Source: Vicinamibacterales bacterium (GTDB lineage Bacteria > Acidobacteriota > Vicinamibacteria > Vicinamibacterales > UBA2999). From it: a stretch of DNA of 64,000 nt. The stretch is from the NCBI GenBank assembly GCA_036274155.1, contig DASUGH010000094.1, forward strand, positions 1,744 through 65,743, read 5' to 3'. Below, one piece after another: positions 1 through 9,728 of this stretch. The notes below the pieces were generated by a model. It ran no database searches and was not told the DNA's origin. It saw nothing but the letters and a program-made list of their open reading frames with translations. The first letter of the stretch is position 1. Each line of letters starts with the position of its first letter. The translations under genes and the position numbers were made by a program.

Positions 1-1
1 C

Positions 2-2704
2 GTGGTCTACCGCGCTCGCGACTCGAAGCTTGGCCGCGACGTGGCGGTCAAGGCGCTGCCCGAGATCTTCGCTTTGGACCCCGAACGCCTGGCCCGGTTC
101 GACCGCGAGGCGCAGGTGCTGGCGACACTCAACCATCCCAACCTTGGCATCATTCACGAACTGAAGGAGGTCAATGGGGCGAAGTATCTGATCCTGGAGC
201 TGGTGGAAGGCGAAACGCTTGCCGAACGCATCGAGCATGGCACGATTCCCGTCGACCAGGCGCTCGACATCGCCCTGCAGATTGCGCGCGGGGTGCAGGC
301 GGCGCACGACAAGGGCATCGTCCATCGCGACCTCAAGCCGGCCAACGTGAAAATCACGCCGGAAGGGCGCGTCAAGGTTCTCGATTTCGGTCTTGCGAAG
401 ATTCACGAGTCAGCGGCTGCGGACCAGAACCTGTCGTACTCGCCAACGCTCAGCGGCGGTCACCCGAGCTCGGGCCTCGTCATCGGCACTGCGGCATACA
501 TGAGCCCAGAGCAGGCGCGCGGCAAAGAGCTCGATCGTCGGGCCGACGTGTGGGCGTTCGGCTGCATCCTGTTCGAGATGCTCACCGGCCGTCAGCTGTT
601 TCCGACGGGCGAGACGGTGTCGGACACGCTTGCCGGCATCCTCGTCGGTGAGCCCGACCTGAAGGCGCTGCCTGCCACAACACCGCCCAAGATTCGCGCG
701 CTCCTGGAGCGCTGCCTTCGCAAGGACGAGCGCCGTCGCCTGCGTGACATCGGCGACGCACGGGTGGCGCTCGAGGAAGCGCGCAGCGAATCGGAAGCGA
801 CTGCTGCGGCGGCTGCCATCGCCGTTGCGCCTCGTCATCGCGAAATCGCGTTCGGCGCCCTCGCGATGGTCTTTCTCCTGACCGCGACGGGCCTGGCAGC
901 GCGTCTGTTCTTCAAGCCGAGTCCTCACGTGCATCCAGTCCGCCTCGACCTGGGCGTACTCGTCGGCGTGCCGAACAGCTTTTATCTCTCGCCTGATGGC
1001 CGCAAGCTCGCGTTCGTGTCCGCCCCCCAGGCAAACGCCCGGATCTGGGTTCGCTCCCTCGACGCCGCCACCGCAGATCCGATACCAAGCACCGAAGGAA
1101 TCGCCTCGAGTCCAACGTTCGGCCCAAACGCCAACGCCGGCCAAAACAACAACCTGTTCTGGTCTGCCGACAGCCGGTATATAGGGTTCGTCGCGGAAGG
1201 AAAGCTGAAGAAAGTTGCCGCGACAGGAGGTCCCGCTCAAGAGCTGGCCACGCTGCCAGCCGGCAACTACTTCGGCACCTGGAACAATGACGATGTCATA
1301 CTCGTGGCCGGCGACGGCCCCGGGGGACCCCTTCTGCGTGTTCCAGCCGGTAGCGGACAACCGATGCCGGAAACGGAGCTCGACAAGTCACGGAAAGAGC
1401 AGTCGCATCGGTACCCGCACTTCCTGCCGGATGGCAAGCATTACCTCTATCTCTCCACCGGCGCCGACGCACGCGATCGCATCGTCTACGTTGGAACGCT
1501 CGGCTCGAGGGATCGACACCCGCTGCCCGGCATTGCTGCTGAAGTGAAGTATTCGAGTGGCCACCTCGTGTTCGTGCGCGATGGCGCCTTGATGGCCCAG
1601 AAGTTCGATCTCAAACGCCTGGAATTGGTGGGCGACGCGTTCACGATTGCCGACCGGTTCGCCCCCCCTGCTGCGCTCACCTGGACGTTCTCGGCTTCTG
1701 TGAACGGAATCCTAGCGTATCGGACCTCCCCCGGAGGCTTGCAGGCGCCGAATGCGGAACTCGTGTGGTACGACCGCAAAGGTGCCCGGCTCTCCGTGGC
1801 AGCACCGGAGGGCGATTACGAAGGTCCGGAACTATCACCCAAGGGGCAGTTGGTGGCATTCACACGCAGTGGCGATATCTGGTGGCGTGATATCGAAAAA
1901 AACCGGCAAACGAATCTGACCACCGACCTCGGCAACGACCAGAACCCGCGCTGGTCGCCTGATGAAGCGACCATCGCCTTCGACTCGACGCGGGACAGCG
2001 GCGCGGGCATCTACGAACGCGCCGTTGGCGTCGTCGGCAGCGACAAGCTGTTGTACAAGTCCGACGGAGCGAAGTCACTGACACTCTCCGACTGGTCACA
2101 AGACGGAAAGTACCTGGCCTTCGTGCAGGACGGCGATGTGTGGGTGCTGCCGGTGACGAGCGATAGGCCCGGCGAACACAAACCCGCAGGAAAGCCGATT
2201 CAGGTGACGAAGACCTCGTTCACCGAGAGCCTTCCGCGAATCTCGCCCGAGAGCCGCTGGATTGCCTACATCTCGAACAAGTCGGGAGCCAATGAAGTGT
2301 ACATTCAGTCGTTTCCTGAGCCTGGAGTCGAGCAGCAGATCTCTGCCGGCGCCGGTGCGAACGCCGCGAACGCTCAGGCGCAACCACGTTGGAGTCGGAA
2401 CGGCAAGGAACTGTTCTATTTCATAGGAGCCACCGGGATCGGGCCGCGATTCATGTCGGTCTCGATCAAACCTACGGGCGGCGCGCTCAACGCCGCTGCG
2501 CCGGCGTCCATCTTCGGCCACCCGGCGCCGCGACCGCCGTTCAGCAGCGTGTTCAGCGTGACGATAGATGACCGTTTTCTTCTGCAGCTTGCTCCGAACC
2601 TGGCACCCGCCACACCTGGCGGCCAGACCACCAACGTTGCCCCCGGTGCAACCAGCGGGATCGCACTCATCCTCGACTGGGCATCGGCCAATCGAGAGCC
2701 GTAG
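2..2704 (+). CDS. Ser/Thr protein kinase (5'-partial) with one TM helix and C-terminal TolB/PD40-type beta-propeller
   Basis: The ORF runs off the 5' edge. Kinase motifs [15 protein letters not shown] and AAYMSPEQ are present. There is a hydrophobic helix ([23 protein letters not shown]). The C-terminal half has repeated SPDG(R/K)..AF-type strands typical of PD40 propellers. Confidence 0.9.
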   Translation: MVYRARDSKLGRDVAVKALPEIFALDPERLARFDREAQVLATLNHPNLGIIHELKEVNGAKYLILELVEGETLAERIEHGTIPVDQALDIALQIARGVQAAHDKGIVHRDLKPANVKITPEGRVKVLDFGLAKIHESAAADQNLSYSPTLSGGHPSSGLVIGTAAYMSPEQARGKELDRRADVWAFGCILFEMLTGRQLFPTGETVSDTLAGILVGEPDLKALPATTPPKIRALLERCLRKDERRRLRDIGDARVALEEARSESEATAAAAAIAVAPRHREIAFGALAMVFLLTATGLAARLFFKPSPHVHPVRLDLGVLVGVPNSFYLSPDGRKLAFVSAPQANARIWVRSLDAATADPIPSTEGIASSPTFGPNANAGQNNNLFWSADSRYIGFVAEGKLKKVAATGGPAQELATLPAGNYFGTWNNDDVILVAGDGPGGPLLRVPAGSGQPMPETELDKSRKEQSHRYPHFLPDGKHYLYLSTGADARDRIVYVGTLGSRDRHPLPGIAAEVKYSSGHLVFVRDGALMAQKFDLKRLELVGDAFTIADRFAPPAALTWTFSASVNGILAYRTSPGGLQAPNAELVWYDRKGARLSVAAPEGDYEGPELSPKGQLVAFTRSGDIWWRDIEKNRQTNLTTDLGNDQNPRWSPDEATIAFDSTRDSGAGIYERAVGVVGSDKLLYKSDGAKSLTLSDWSQDGKYLAFVQDGDVWVLPVTSDRPGEHKPAGKPIQVTKTSFTESLPRISPESRWIAYISNKSGANEVYIQSFPEPGVEQQISAGAGANAANAQAQPRWSRNGKELFYFIGATGIGPRFMSVSIKPTGGALNAAAPASIFGHPAPRPPFSSVFSVTIDDRFLLQLAPNLAPATPGGQTTNVAPGATSGIALILDWASANREP

Positions 2705-3437
2705 GCTTTCGTACCTTCCAGATGTGCTCCGCCGGCCACCTCGATGCCCAGGCGAGCGACACGTAGTCCGAATACGTCGTCGTTGCTGCCGGAGGAGGCT
2801 GGAGCTCGATCAGATCTTCGACGACCAGGGAGTGGCGACGAAACAGCCGGATCCACTCGCCATATGTCAGCTGGTAGGTCACGCTGCTGCCATCGTCGAG
2901 CGGACCGAGCGTGAAGTAGTCGAGCTGCAGCCGATCGGTGACGACGCCGGCGGCGAGGTCCTCGCAGATGTCGCGAATCGGCGTGGACATGCAGAACGCG
3001 AACAGCCCGCCGGCGGCGAGCACACGCGACGCCTCGGGAACGATGCCGGACGGCGGCGCGAATGTGGCGGCGCCGTGATCGCAGAACACGACGTCGAAGC
3101 TGCCGTCGGCAAACGGGAGGCTGACGGCATCTCCTTGAACGAGACACGACGACAGATTCCTGGCGCCCGCCAGTCGATTGGCATGAGCAAGCTGCTGCTC
3201 GGAAAGATCCACTCCGACAGCGCGAACGCCCCGCTCGCGCAGCGCAAGCGTCCACTGCGCCGCGCCGCAGCCCAACTCGAGCACCCGCCGACCCTCGACC
3301 GGTTCGAGCGCCGAGATCTCGCTCTCGGGAATTCGCCACACACCCCAGGCGAGCGGCGCACGATCGAGCGCGGCGCCGTTCTGCCGCTGGTAGTCGTCGC
3401 TCGTACGGTTCCAGAAGAGACGATTGTTCGAAGACAC
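2667..3437 (-). CDS. class I SAM-dependent methyltransferase
   Basis: Motif I is VLELGCGAAQW, followed by VGVDLS and FDVVFCDHGA. The track ORF extends to 3491, but its first 18 codons lie inside the palindromic repeat element, so the GTG at 3437 is a more plausible start. The start remains uncertain. The 3' end overlaps the convergent kinase gene by 38 nt. Confidence 0.75.
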   Translation of the reverse strand: MSSNNRLFWNRTSDDYQRQNGAALDRAPLAWGVWRIPESEISALEPVEGRRVLELGCGAAQWTLALRERGVRAVGVDLSEQQLAHANRLAGARNLSSCLVQGDAVSLPFADGSFDVVFCDHGAATFAPPSGIVPEASRVLAAGGLFAFCMSTPIRDICEDLAAGVVTDRLQLDYFTLGPLDDGSSVTYQLTYGEWIRLFRRHSLVVEDLIELQPPPAATTTYSDYVSLAWASRWPAEHIWKVRKPTALDWPMPSRG

Positions 3438-3446
3438 GGAAATAAA

Positions 3447-3592
3447 TGGGGAAATGACGGATTTACGGATTGACGGATACCGAGTAATCACGTGACGATG
3501 ACGGCCGCGAAGAGCCTTCCAGACATTTTTGACGTCGCCGATTCGTCAATCCGTCAATTGAAATCCGTAGATTCGTCAATTCGTCATTTCAT
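3447..3592. repeat. AT-richer palindromic intergenic element built from CCGTCAAT / ATTGACGG / ATCCGTA motifs
   Basis: The left arm is gaaatgacggatttacggattgacggatacc. The right arm is tcgtcaatccgtcaattgaaatccgtagattcgtcaattcgtcatttc, its imperfect reverse complement. A related element occurs at 14187-14265. Confidence 0.7.
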
Positions 3593-3595
3593 GTT

Positions 3596-4777
3596 TCAAG
3601 TCTTCTTTCCGTCGACCAGGTCCAGGAACGCCCAGCGTTTGCCTTCGACCAGTCCGGCCAGCAGGCTGCCGGTGTTGCGGAAGACCAGCGGCGCCGACGT
3701 GATGTGCTGCGTGCCTGCGTGCATGTCGCGAAACAGGCGTTGAATCGTGCCGGCGCGCAGTGCCACCGTGCCGGCTGCTGAATACACGAACTCGGCGACG
3801 TCGTGACAGCTCCACGTGATGTTGGCCAGCGCGAGCCGCATCAGCGTTTGACGATGGAGGTCGATCCGCTCGCCGCGCTCGAGCGCCTGCGTCACCTCGC
3901 CCCACGTCTCGTACACGAACGCCCGCGCCGAACGGTACTTCGCTTCGGCCCTGGCGTACTGTTCCTGGAACGCCTCGCTCTGGGCGAGCGTCCCGGGACG
4001 CCCGATGCCTGACCGAACCTTCTTCGTCATCTCGTCGAGCAGCCGGCGCCCGATGCCGCATGCCCACCCGGAGTGGCAGATCAGGGCGAATCCGATGACG
4101 CCGATCTTATAGAGCGCGCCGCCGCGCCTTGGCGACTCCGTGGCCGCGAAGTGCGTGTAGGCTTCGGGGACGAACACGCCGTCGGTCGTGTAGTCGATGC
4201 TGCCCGTTCCGCGCAGACCAAGCACATCCCAGTTCTCGATGAGCGTCGCCTTGCCGACCGGGAGCACGAAGATCCGCGGCTCGCCGCTTCCCTCGATGAG
4301 GCCGAGCGTGTGAATGTGCGTGGCGTGCTTGATTCCCGACGCGAAGCTCCACGCCCCCGTGAGGGCAAACCCGCCGGCGCGCGGAACGGCATTGCCCGGT
4401 CTGGTGCCCTGCCCTGCAATCACCGGCAACCGCTCGCCGCCGAAGAGCTCGTCGACCGCTGAGTCCGCAAGATACGCGGCGCCAGTACCGACCGCGAGCG
4501 CTGCCGCCATCAACACCCACCCCGCGGACGGGTCGCCGTACGAGACGTTCTCGATGACCTGCAGCGACGAAACCGGATCGAGCTCCGCGCCGCCGCGAAT
4601 CGAGCGCGGCACCCACATCCCGAACAACCCCTCGCGATGCAGCGCCTCGACCACCGGCGCAGACAGTTGGCCGTCCCGATCTCCGCTCACCGCATGCTCG
4701 TCAGCGATGGCCGCAACTGTTTTCGCTCGTCCCGGCAGATCGGCAGCCGTCGTCGCCGCTTTTACGATGCTTGTCAT
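3596..4777 (-). CDS. acyl-CoA dehydrogenase-family flavoprotein (dehydrogenase or oxygenase type)
   Basis: 393 aa. The N-terminal region (EALHREGLFGMWVPRSIRGG), the middle beta-domain and the C-terminal helical region (QRLFRDMHAGTQH) resemble the ACAD / group-D flavin monooxygenase fold. Coding-like composition. Confidence 0.75.
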   Translation of the reverse strand: MTSIVKAATTAADLPGRAKTVAAIADEHAVSGDRDGQLSAPVVEALHREGLFGMWVPRSIRGGAELDPVSSLQVIENVSYGDPSAGWVLMAAALAVGTGAAYLADSAVDELFGGERLPVIAGQGTRPGNAVPRAGGFALTGAWSFASGIKHATHIHTLGLIEGSGEPRIFVLPVGKATLIENWDVLGLRGTGSIDYTTDGVFVPEAYTHFAATESPRRGGALYKIGVIGFALICHSGWACGIGRRLLDEMTKKVRSGIGRPGTLAQSEAFQEQYARAEAKYRSARAFVYETWGEVTQALERGERIDLHRQTLMRLALANITWSCHDVAEFVYSAAGTVALRAGTIQRLFRDMHAGTQHITSAPLVFRNTGSLLAGLVEGKRWAFLDLVDGKKT

Positions 4778-4837
4778 CTCGACCTCATGTGAGTTCGAGA
4801 CAGCGTAGCATTTCCTTCCGCGATGGTCCGGCTGGAC

Positions 4838-5677
4838 CTACTCCTTCTGGCCCGCCCCCACCTCCCGCGTCACCGGATCCTGCAGCCGTTCTTCCGTCTT
4901 CACTTCGAACCGACGGAAGTTGGTGTACCTCGCTGTGGCATCCGGCTTCTCCGTCCGCATCTCAATCGGGACCATCACGCCCAGACGCTTGTCCGGTGCG
5001 AATCTGGTGACAATCTTCGTGACGTCCCGTCCGTCGCGCACCTCGAGGTCCGTCTGCAGCACGCGGCCCGTCACTGTATCAATCCATGCGGTGCCGCGCG
5101 TCGGCACGTTCTGATTGGCGAAGGGGCCCGACTGAATCAATGTCGGTCTGGCGGTCTCGACGAACGTGAGCCCCTTCACAGTACGCGGCCACTCTTTTCC
5201 CGCATCCTTCTCACCGAACCGGAACCGCGACTGATAGGACGTCTGAAGAAGGCCGATGGCGTAGAGCGGATTGAGCACCGCCGGCACGTGCGGAGCGCTG
5301 TCGGCGGCGATTTGGAGTGCGCGCTCCTGCGCATCCTCGAAGCCCTGCTCGAACAGATCGCTCAGGCGTTCCTTGCGGCCTGTTCTTGGTTGGCCATTCA
5401 CCATCGTCACGTCGCGAAACGTGAGGAACTGGCGGCGCGATCCTGGATACCGCACCAGCAGCAGCTCGGAGCGCACGGTTTGCGCCGGCTTGCGGAACTC
5501 GAAGTCCTCCTGCGCCACCACGTTCGACAGCTGCTCGACGAACCCGCGGACGTAGGTCGCAGCAAGGCGCGGCAGATCGGGCGCCTTCTGGGCGCGCGCT
5601 GTGTGAGAGACCACCAGCACGACCGCTATCAGCAGGCCAGCCAGGTTGCCGCGAGGACGCGTGCGACGTGGGTTCAC
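4838..5677 (-). CDS. exported hypothetical protein
   Basis: The track ORF reaches 5896, but the upstream part is Arg/Pro-rich and would overlap the divergent VWA gene. A GTG at 5677 gives a signal-peptide-like N-terminus (VNPRRTRPRGNLAGLLIAVVLVVSHTARAQ). I recognised no family. Confidence 0.6.
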   Translation of the reverse strand: MNPRRTRPRGNLAGLLIAVVLVVSHTARAQKAPDLPRLAATYVRGFVEQLSNVVAQEDFEFRKPAQTVRSELLLVRYPGSRRQFLTFRDVTMVNGQPRTGRKERLSDLFEQGFEDAQERALQIAADSAPHVPAVLNPLYAIGLLQTSYQSRFRFGEKDAGKEWPRTVKGLTFVETARPTLIQSGPFANQNVPTRGTAWIDTVTGRVLQTDLEVRDGRDVTKIVTRFAPDKRLGVMVPIEMRTEKPDATARYTNFRRFEVKTEERLQDPVTREVGAGQKE

Positions 5678-5802
5678 GGATGGTCGGCTTCCCTCGAAGC
5701 CGGGACGCTGGCCGGATCGTAATCCAACAACGAACGATTGACCCACATCGAACGAAGAAACAGAGGGCCCTTTCAGGCTCCTCGAGGTGCTAGGATTCCA
5801 AC

Positions 5803-7929
5803 GTGACGCGGGCACTCGCCGTGTTCCTGGCGCTCGTCGCAACCGCCGCCGTGCGGCCGGAACGGACATCCGCTGCCCCGCAGGCGCCCGCCCCACCAGG
5901 CTCCGCGCAGACAGATCAGAAAACGAACGGGGGGACGGTGCCGAAGTTCCGCGCCGGCACCGACCTGCTGACCGTGGACGTCTCCGTTCTCGACGGTCGC
6001 GGCCGTCCGGTCGAGGGACTGAAGCCAGTCGACTTCACCGTCAGGATCAACGGCCAGACGCGACAAGTCGCGGTGGCCGAGCTCGTCAAAGCAGACGTCG
6101 AAAGCAGCTCTGCAAAGCCGGGTGTCTCCACTGCGCCGCCGGGCGCACCTGTCGTGGGCCCTGCCGCAGGCCGCCGGATCGTGATTGCTGTCGATCAGCA
6201 GTACATTCCGCCCGGGGAGCTCACACCACTGCTGAAGTCGGCCGCCGCGTTCGTCGATCGGCTGACGTCGCGCGATCAGGCGGCGTTCGTCGCGTTTCCG
6301 GAGCCTGGCCCGCGCGTGGACTTCACGAACGACAAGGCGCGGCTGCGGCAGGCGATGCAAGGACTGATCGGCCAGCCGAAACAAGGGCGCACGGGCCAGT
6401 TCGACATCGGCCTCGCCGAAGCGCTGACCGTCAGCGACAACGAGCGCCTGCTCACGAACGAGAATCAGCTGGAGCCGGGCGGCGACCCGCCGGTGGTCGC
6501 AGACATCATGGCCCGCAACTGCGAAACCAGCGACGACATGCGGGCGTGCCGGCGGCGTGTCCTCGCGGAATCGGTGCAGATTGCACAAGAAGCCAGGCTC
6601 GATGCCAGGATCTCCGTTCGAACCCTGGAATCGATTCTCCAGGGACTGGTGCCGGTTCAGGGCACCAAGTCGGTGATCCTGATCTCGGCAAGCCTGCTCA
6701 ACGACGATCGCAGCGAGCTCGATACGCTGACCCGCCTCGCGTCTGCGGCGCGGGTGTCGCTCAACGTCATCATCGTCGACAAGAAGCGCGAGAACATCAA
6801 CATCAGCAGCCAGAACCATGGCCAGGCGCCGACCGAGCAGGCGGATCGACGGCTGATCTCCGAAGGACTCGAACAGCTCGCCGCGCAGGCTGGTGGAGGC
6901 GTCTATCGTCTGGCCGGATCCGGCGAAGGCATCCTCGATCGCATCGCACAGGAGCTTTCGGCGTCCTATGTGCTCGGAGTGGAATCGCGCCCCGAGGACC
7001 AGACGAGCGATTTCCGGAACGTCAGCGTCGCGGTGCGGTCGCAGGGCGCGAAGGTGCGCGTCAGCCAGGCATTCCTGCACGCGGCAGCGAGCCCGCCCGC
7101 CGGCGTCCTGGCATCACGGGCGCCTCTCGGGCTCGCGGTGCCGACACCGAGAGTCGTACGCCCCGTCGAAGACGTTCTCCGATCGGCACTCTCCGCACCG
7201 GCAACGCTCACAGACCTGCCGGTCCAGGTCGCGACGTTCTCGCAATGGGACCCGAAGAGCAGCAAGGTTCGCATCAGCATGACCGCAAAGGTCGGTGAGC
7301 CAGGCATCCAGCCTGGCGACTACGCCGTGGGCTATGTTGTGACGGACCGGGAGAACCGGACGGTTGCCAGCTGGTCGGAGAAGCAGACACCGGGCGCCCC
7401 TTCCAGCGGTCTGGTCGCGCCGCTCCTGCTCGAGCCTGGCACCTACTCGCTGCGTTTCGGCATCGTCGATGAGGGGGAGCAGAAGGGAACCGTCATTCGC
7501 GAGCTCGACGTGCGGAGGTCCATTGCTGCCGACGCAGTGGCCACGAGCGATCTGCTGGTGGGCAGCCCGCCGCCACGCGGTGAGGCTCCGCGCTTCAGCG
7601 TCGACCCGCACGTGCCGATCGGTCCTGTTGCCGCTTACCTCGAGCTGTACTCTGCGATGCCCGCGGATCTGGATTTCACGTTCGTCGACTTCGAAATCGC
7701 CAGAGACGCCGGTTCGCCAGCCCTCGCCCGCGAGACGGCGGACATGGTGGATGGACCGCTTCCTTCATGGCGCGTGGCGACCGCCTCGATCGACGCGAGC
7801 AAGCTGGCGCCGGGGCCATACATTGCGCGGGCGCGGATCCTTCGCGACGACAAGACGGTTGGCGTGATCACGCGCGACTTCGTGCTCGACAGCCGCGAAC
7901 CGGCCACAATCGCGTCTCCTGCGAAGTAG
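5803..7929 (+). CDS. VWA-domain protein of the acidobacterial VWFA-related family (TIGR03436-like)
   Basis: Signal peptide, then FRAGTDLLTVDVSVLDGRGRPVEGLKPVDFTV, the characteristic N-terminal module of this family. It is followed by a VWA-like region (RIVIAVDQQY...SVILISASL). Confidence 0.75.
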   Translation: MTRALAVFLALVATAAVRPERTSAAPQAPAPPGSAQTDQKTNGGTVPKFRAGTDLLTVDVSVLDGRGRPVEGLKPVDFTVRINGQTRQVAVAELVKADVESSSAKPGVSTAPPGAPVVGPAAGRRIVIAVDQQYIPPGELTPLLKSAAAFVDRLTSRDQAAFVAFPEPGPRVDFTNDKARLRQAMQGLIGQPKQGRTGQFDIGLAEALTVSDNERLLTNENQLEPGGDPPVVADIMARNCETSDDMRACRRRVLAESVQIAQEARLDARISVRTLESILQGLVPVQGTKSVILISASLLNDDRSELDTLTRLASAARVSLNVIIVDKKRENINISSQNHGQAPTEQADRRLISEGLEQLAAQAGGGVYRLAGSGEGILDRIAQELSASYVLGVESRPEDQTSDFRNVSVAVRSQGAKVRVSQAFLHAAASPPAGVLASRAPLGLAVPTPRVVRPVEDVLRSALSAPATLTDLPVQVATFSQWDPKSSKVRISMTAKVGEPGIQPGDYAVGYVVTDRENRTVASWSEKQTPGAPSSGLVAPLLLEPGTYSLRFGIVDEGEQKGTVIRELDVRRSIAADAVATSDLLVGSPPPRGEAPRFSVDPHVPIGPVAAYLELYSAMPADLDFTFVDFEIARDAGSPALARETADMVDGPLPSWRVATASIDASKLAPGPYIARARILRDDKTVGVITRDFVLDSREPATIASPAK

Positions 7930-7939
7930 GAACTGACCC

Positions 7940-8935
7940 ATGACACGGACCATCGCTGCCACGATCGCGCTGGCCCTCGCAGGACAGACAGCTCCAGGGG
8001 CTCAGGGGGCATCGGAATCACCGGTCACGCTGAGGACACCATCCGGGACAATCGCCGGAACGCTGACCGCTCCCGCCGCGCCAGGGAAGGTTCCCGTCGC
8101 GCTCATCATCGCCGGCTCAGGTCCGACGGATCGCGATGGCAACAGCAGCGCGCTGCCCGAAAAGAACAACGCCTACAAGCTGCTGGCAACGGCGCTCGCC
8201 GCGAGCGGCGTCGCGTCGGTGCGATACGACAAGCGCGGCATCGGAGAAAGCCAGGCCGCGGCGGCTGGCGGCGAAGCCGCGCTTCGCTTCGACACGTACA
8301 TCGACGATGCGGCGGCATGGGTCGACCAGCTGCACAGGGATCCTCGCTTCTCGAAGGTGATCGTCGTCGGACACAGCGAGGGGTCGCTCATCGGAATGAT
8401 CGCGGGACGAAAGGCGAAGGCGGAGGGCTTCGTGTCGATCGCGGGTCCGGCGCGGCGCGCATCCGACACGATCCGCGATCAGCTGCGGCCACAGCTTGCC
8501 ACGCTGCCGGAACTCCAGAAGAGCAGCGAGTCGATCCTCGCGGCGCTCGAGGCCGGCACCGTGGTCGACCCGCTGCCGCAGGCCGTCCAGTCGGTCCCTG
8601 GTCTGGCGTCGCTCTTTCGTCCGAGCGTGCAGCCGTACTTGATCTCATGGCTCAAGTACGTCCCGGCCACGGAAATCGCCGCACTGACGATGCCGGTGTT
8701 GATCGTGCAAGGCACCACCGACATCCAGGTGGATCCGGGTGAAGCCAAGGCGCTCCTCAAAGCCGCCAAACCAAGCACGGAAGTCCTCTTGATCAACGGC
8801 ATGAACCACGTCATGAAGGAGGCTCCTGCCGATCGGGCGCAGAACCTTGCCGCCTACAGCGACCCGAACCTGCCAATCGTTCCGGAGGTGCCACGAGCGA
8901 TCGTCGCTCTGGCCAGGAGGATTGGAACGCCGTAA
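7940..8935 (+). CDS. alpha/beta hydrolase (exported)
   Basis: Signal peptide MTRTIAATIALALAGQTAPGAQG. Nucleophile elbow GHSEGS. It starts 11 nt after the VWA gene stop. Confidence 0.8.
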   Translation: MTRTIAATIALALAGQTAPGAQGASESPVTLRTPSGTIAGTLTAPAAPGKVPVALIIAGSGPTDRDGNSSALPEKNNAYKLLATALAASGVASVRYDKRGIGESQAAAAGGEAALRFDTYIDDAAAWVDQLHRDPRFSKVIVVGHSEGSLIGMIAGRKAKAEGFVSIAGPARRASDTIRDQLRPQLATLPELQKSSESILAALEAGTVVDPLPQAVQSVPGLASLFRPSVQPYLISWLKYVPATEIAALTMPVLIVQGTTDIQVDPGEAKALLKAAKPSTEVLLINGMNHVMKEAPADRAQNLAAYSDPNLPIVPEVPRAIVALARRIGTP

Positions 8936-8971
8936 CCGCCTCTCCGCCCAGCGGTTATTTGGAACTGACGC

Positions 8972-9439
8972 TCAAAATGAATACGGCACCGTGAGACCGA
9001 AGGCAAACGTGTCGCTCGGACCCGCGAGCCCGAAGCTGACCGAGGGCTCCATGTAGAGTCGCCTGGTCAGCGCTGACGTGAGCGCGAACCGCAAGCTGAA
9101 GATGTCGCGGCGTTTCGAGGTGGCAATGTCGAAAATGCCGTAATCGATGGACACACCTGAGACCAGCGTGCTGATCGCCAGCGTGTCGTTGAGTCCCAGG
9201 CTGTAGCCGAGTGCGACATCGACCCTATCTTCTCTTCCCAGGCTGACTCCATCGACGACTCGCCCGAAGCTGTGGTTGTAATTGGCGCTCGCGAATACGA
9301 CCACCGGATCAAAGCTCTTGACGAGGACCAGTCCTCCGCCGACTGTGGAAGACCGGTTGGCGTTGTGCAAAACCCAGTTTGGGGAAGATGGGATTGTGAG
9401 ATCGGCAAGCGCGACCGTCAGCTCGATGTGCGTAAATCG
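8972..9439 (-). pseudogene. 5'-truncated outer-membrane beta-barrel remnant
   Basis: Alternating-hydrophobic beta-strand sequence ending in ...GLTVPYSF, a terminal aromatic typical of OMPs. The reading frame stays protein-like upstream of the listed TTG start (FTHIELTVALADLTIPSSPNWV) until an in-frame stop at 9440-9442. There is no signal peptide or credible start. At about 155 codons it is too short for a full barrel. Confidence 0.45.
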
Positions 9440-9584
9440 CTAGACAATTCACGTAAACGGCGCCACGGCGAACGTCGTTAGATCGCCGCAAGGACGACTT
9501 CATGCTGCCTCGCGGCGGACGATTCGGGTGGGGGGTCTTTGGCGCGAGGCGGCATCAGGGTTCCCGGCGATCCGAGCGCCAGCT

Positions 9585-9698
9585 CCGCGTTCTCGCGGAA
9601 CCGAGCTTCAGTTCGATTACGTCCACGTTTTCGCAGAACCGAGCTTCAGCTCGGTTAAATCCGCGTTCTCGCGGTACCGGCCTTCAGCTCGGTTAAAC
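9585..9698. repeat. 3 x 38-bp tandem repeat, each unit carrying two short hairpins
   Basis: The units are ccgcgttctcgcggaaccgagcttcagttcgattacgt, ccacgttttcgcagaaccgagcttcagctcggttaaat and ccgcgttctcgcggtaccggccttcagctcggttaaac. The hairpins are CCGCG-TTCT-CGCGG and AACCGAGC-TTCA-GCTCGGTT. Confidence 0.85.
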
Positions 9699-9728
9699 TT
9701 TCTCTCTCATAATTCAGGAGGACCGTGA

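Noticed and set aside
5773-7298. Two long ORFs (435 aa on the minus strand, 503 aa on the plus strand in another frame) overlap the VWA gene.
   Set aside because: Both are extremely Arg/Ala/Pro/Gly-rich with no recognisable motifs, the typical product of off-frame or antisense reading of high-GC coding DNA. The 5803-7929 frame has balanced composition and a family signature.
9585-9698. Possible CRISPR array (regularly spaced ~38-bp repeats).
   Set aside because: The units are directly adjacent with no unique spacers. There are only three copies, they diverge from one another, and no cas genes are present in the window.
9502-9728. Short ORFs (64 and 66 aa) encode reiterated AEPSFSS-like peptides.
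   Set aside because: They are translations of the 38-bp tandem hairpin array. The repetition is at the DNA level and there is no start or RBS context.
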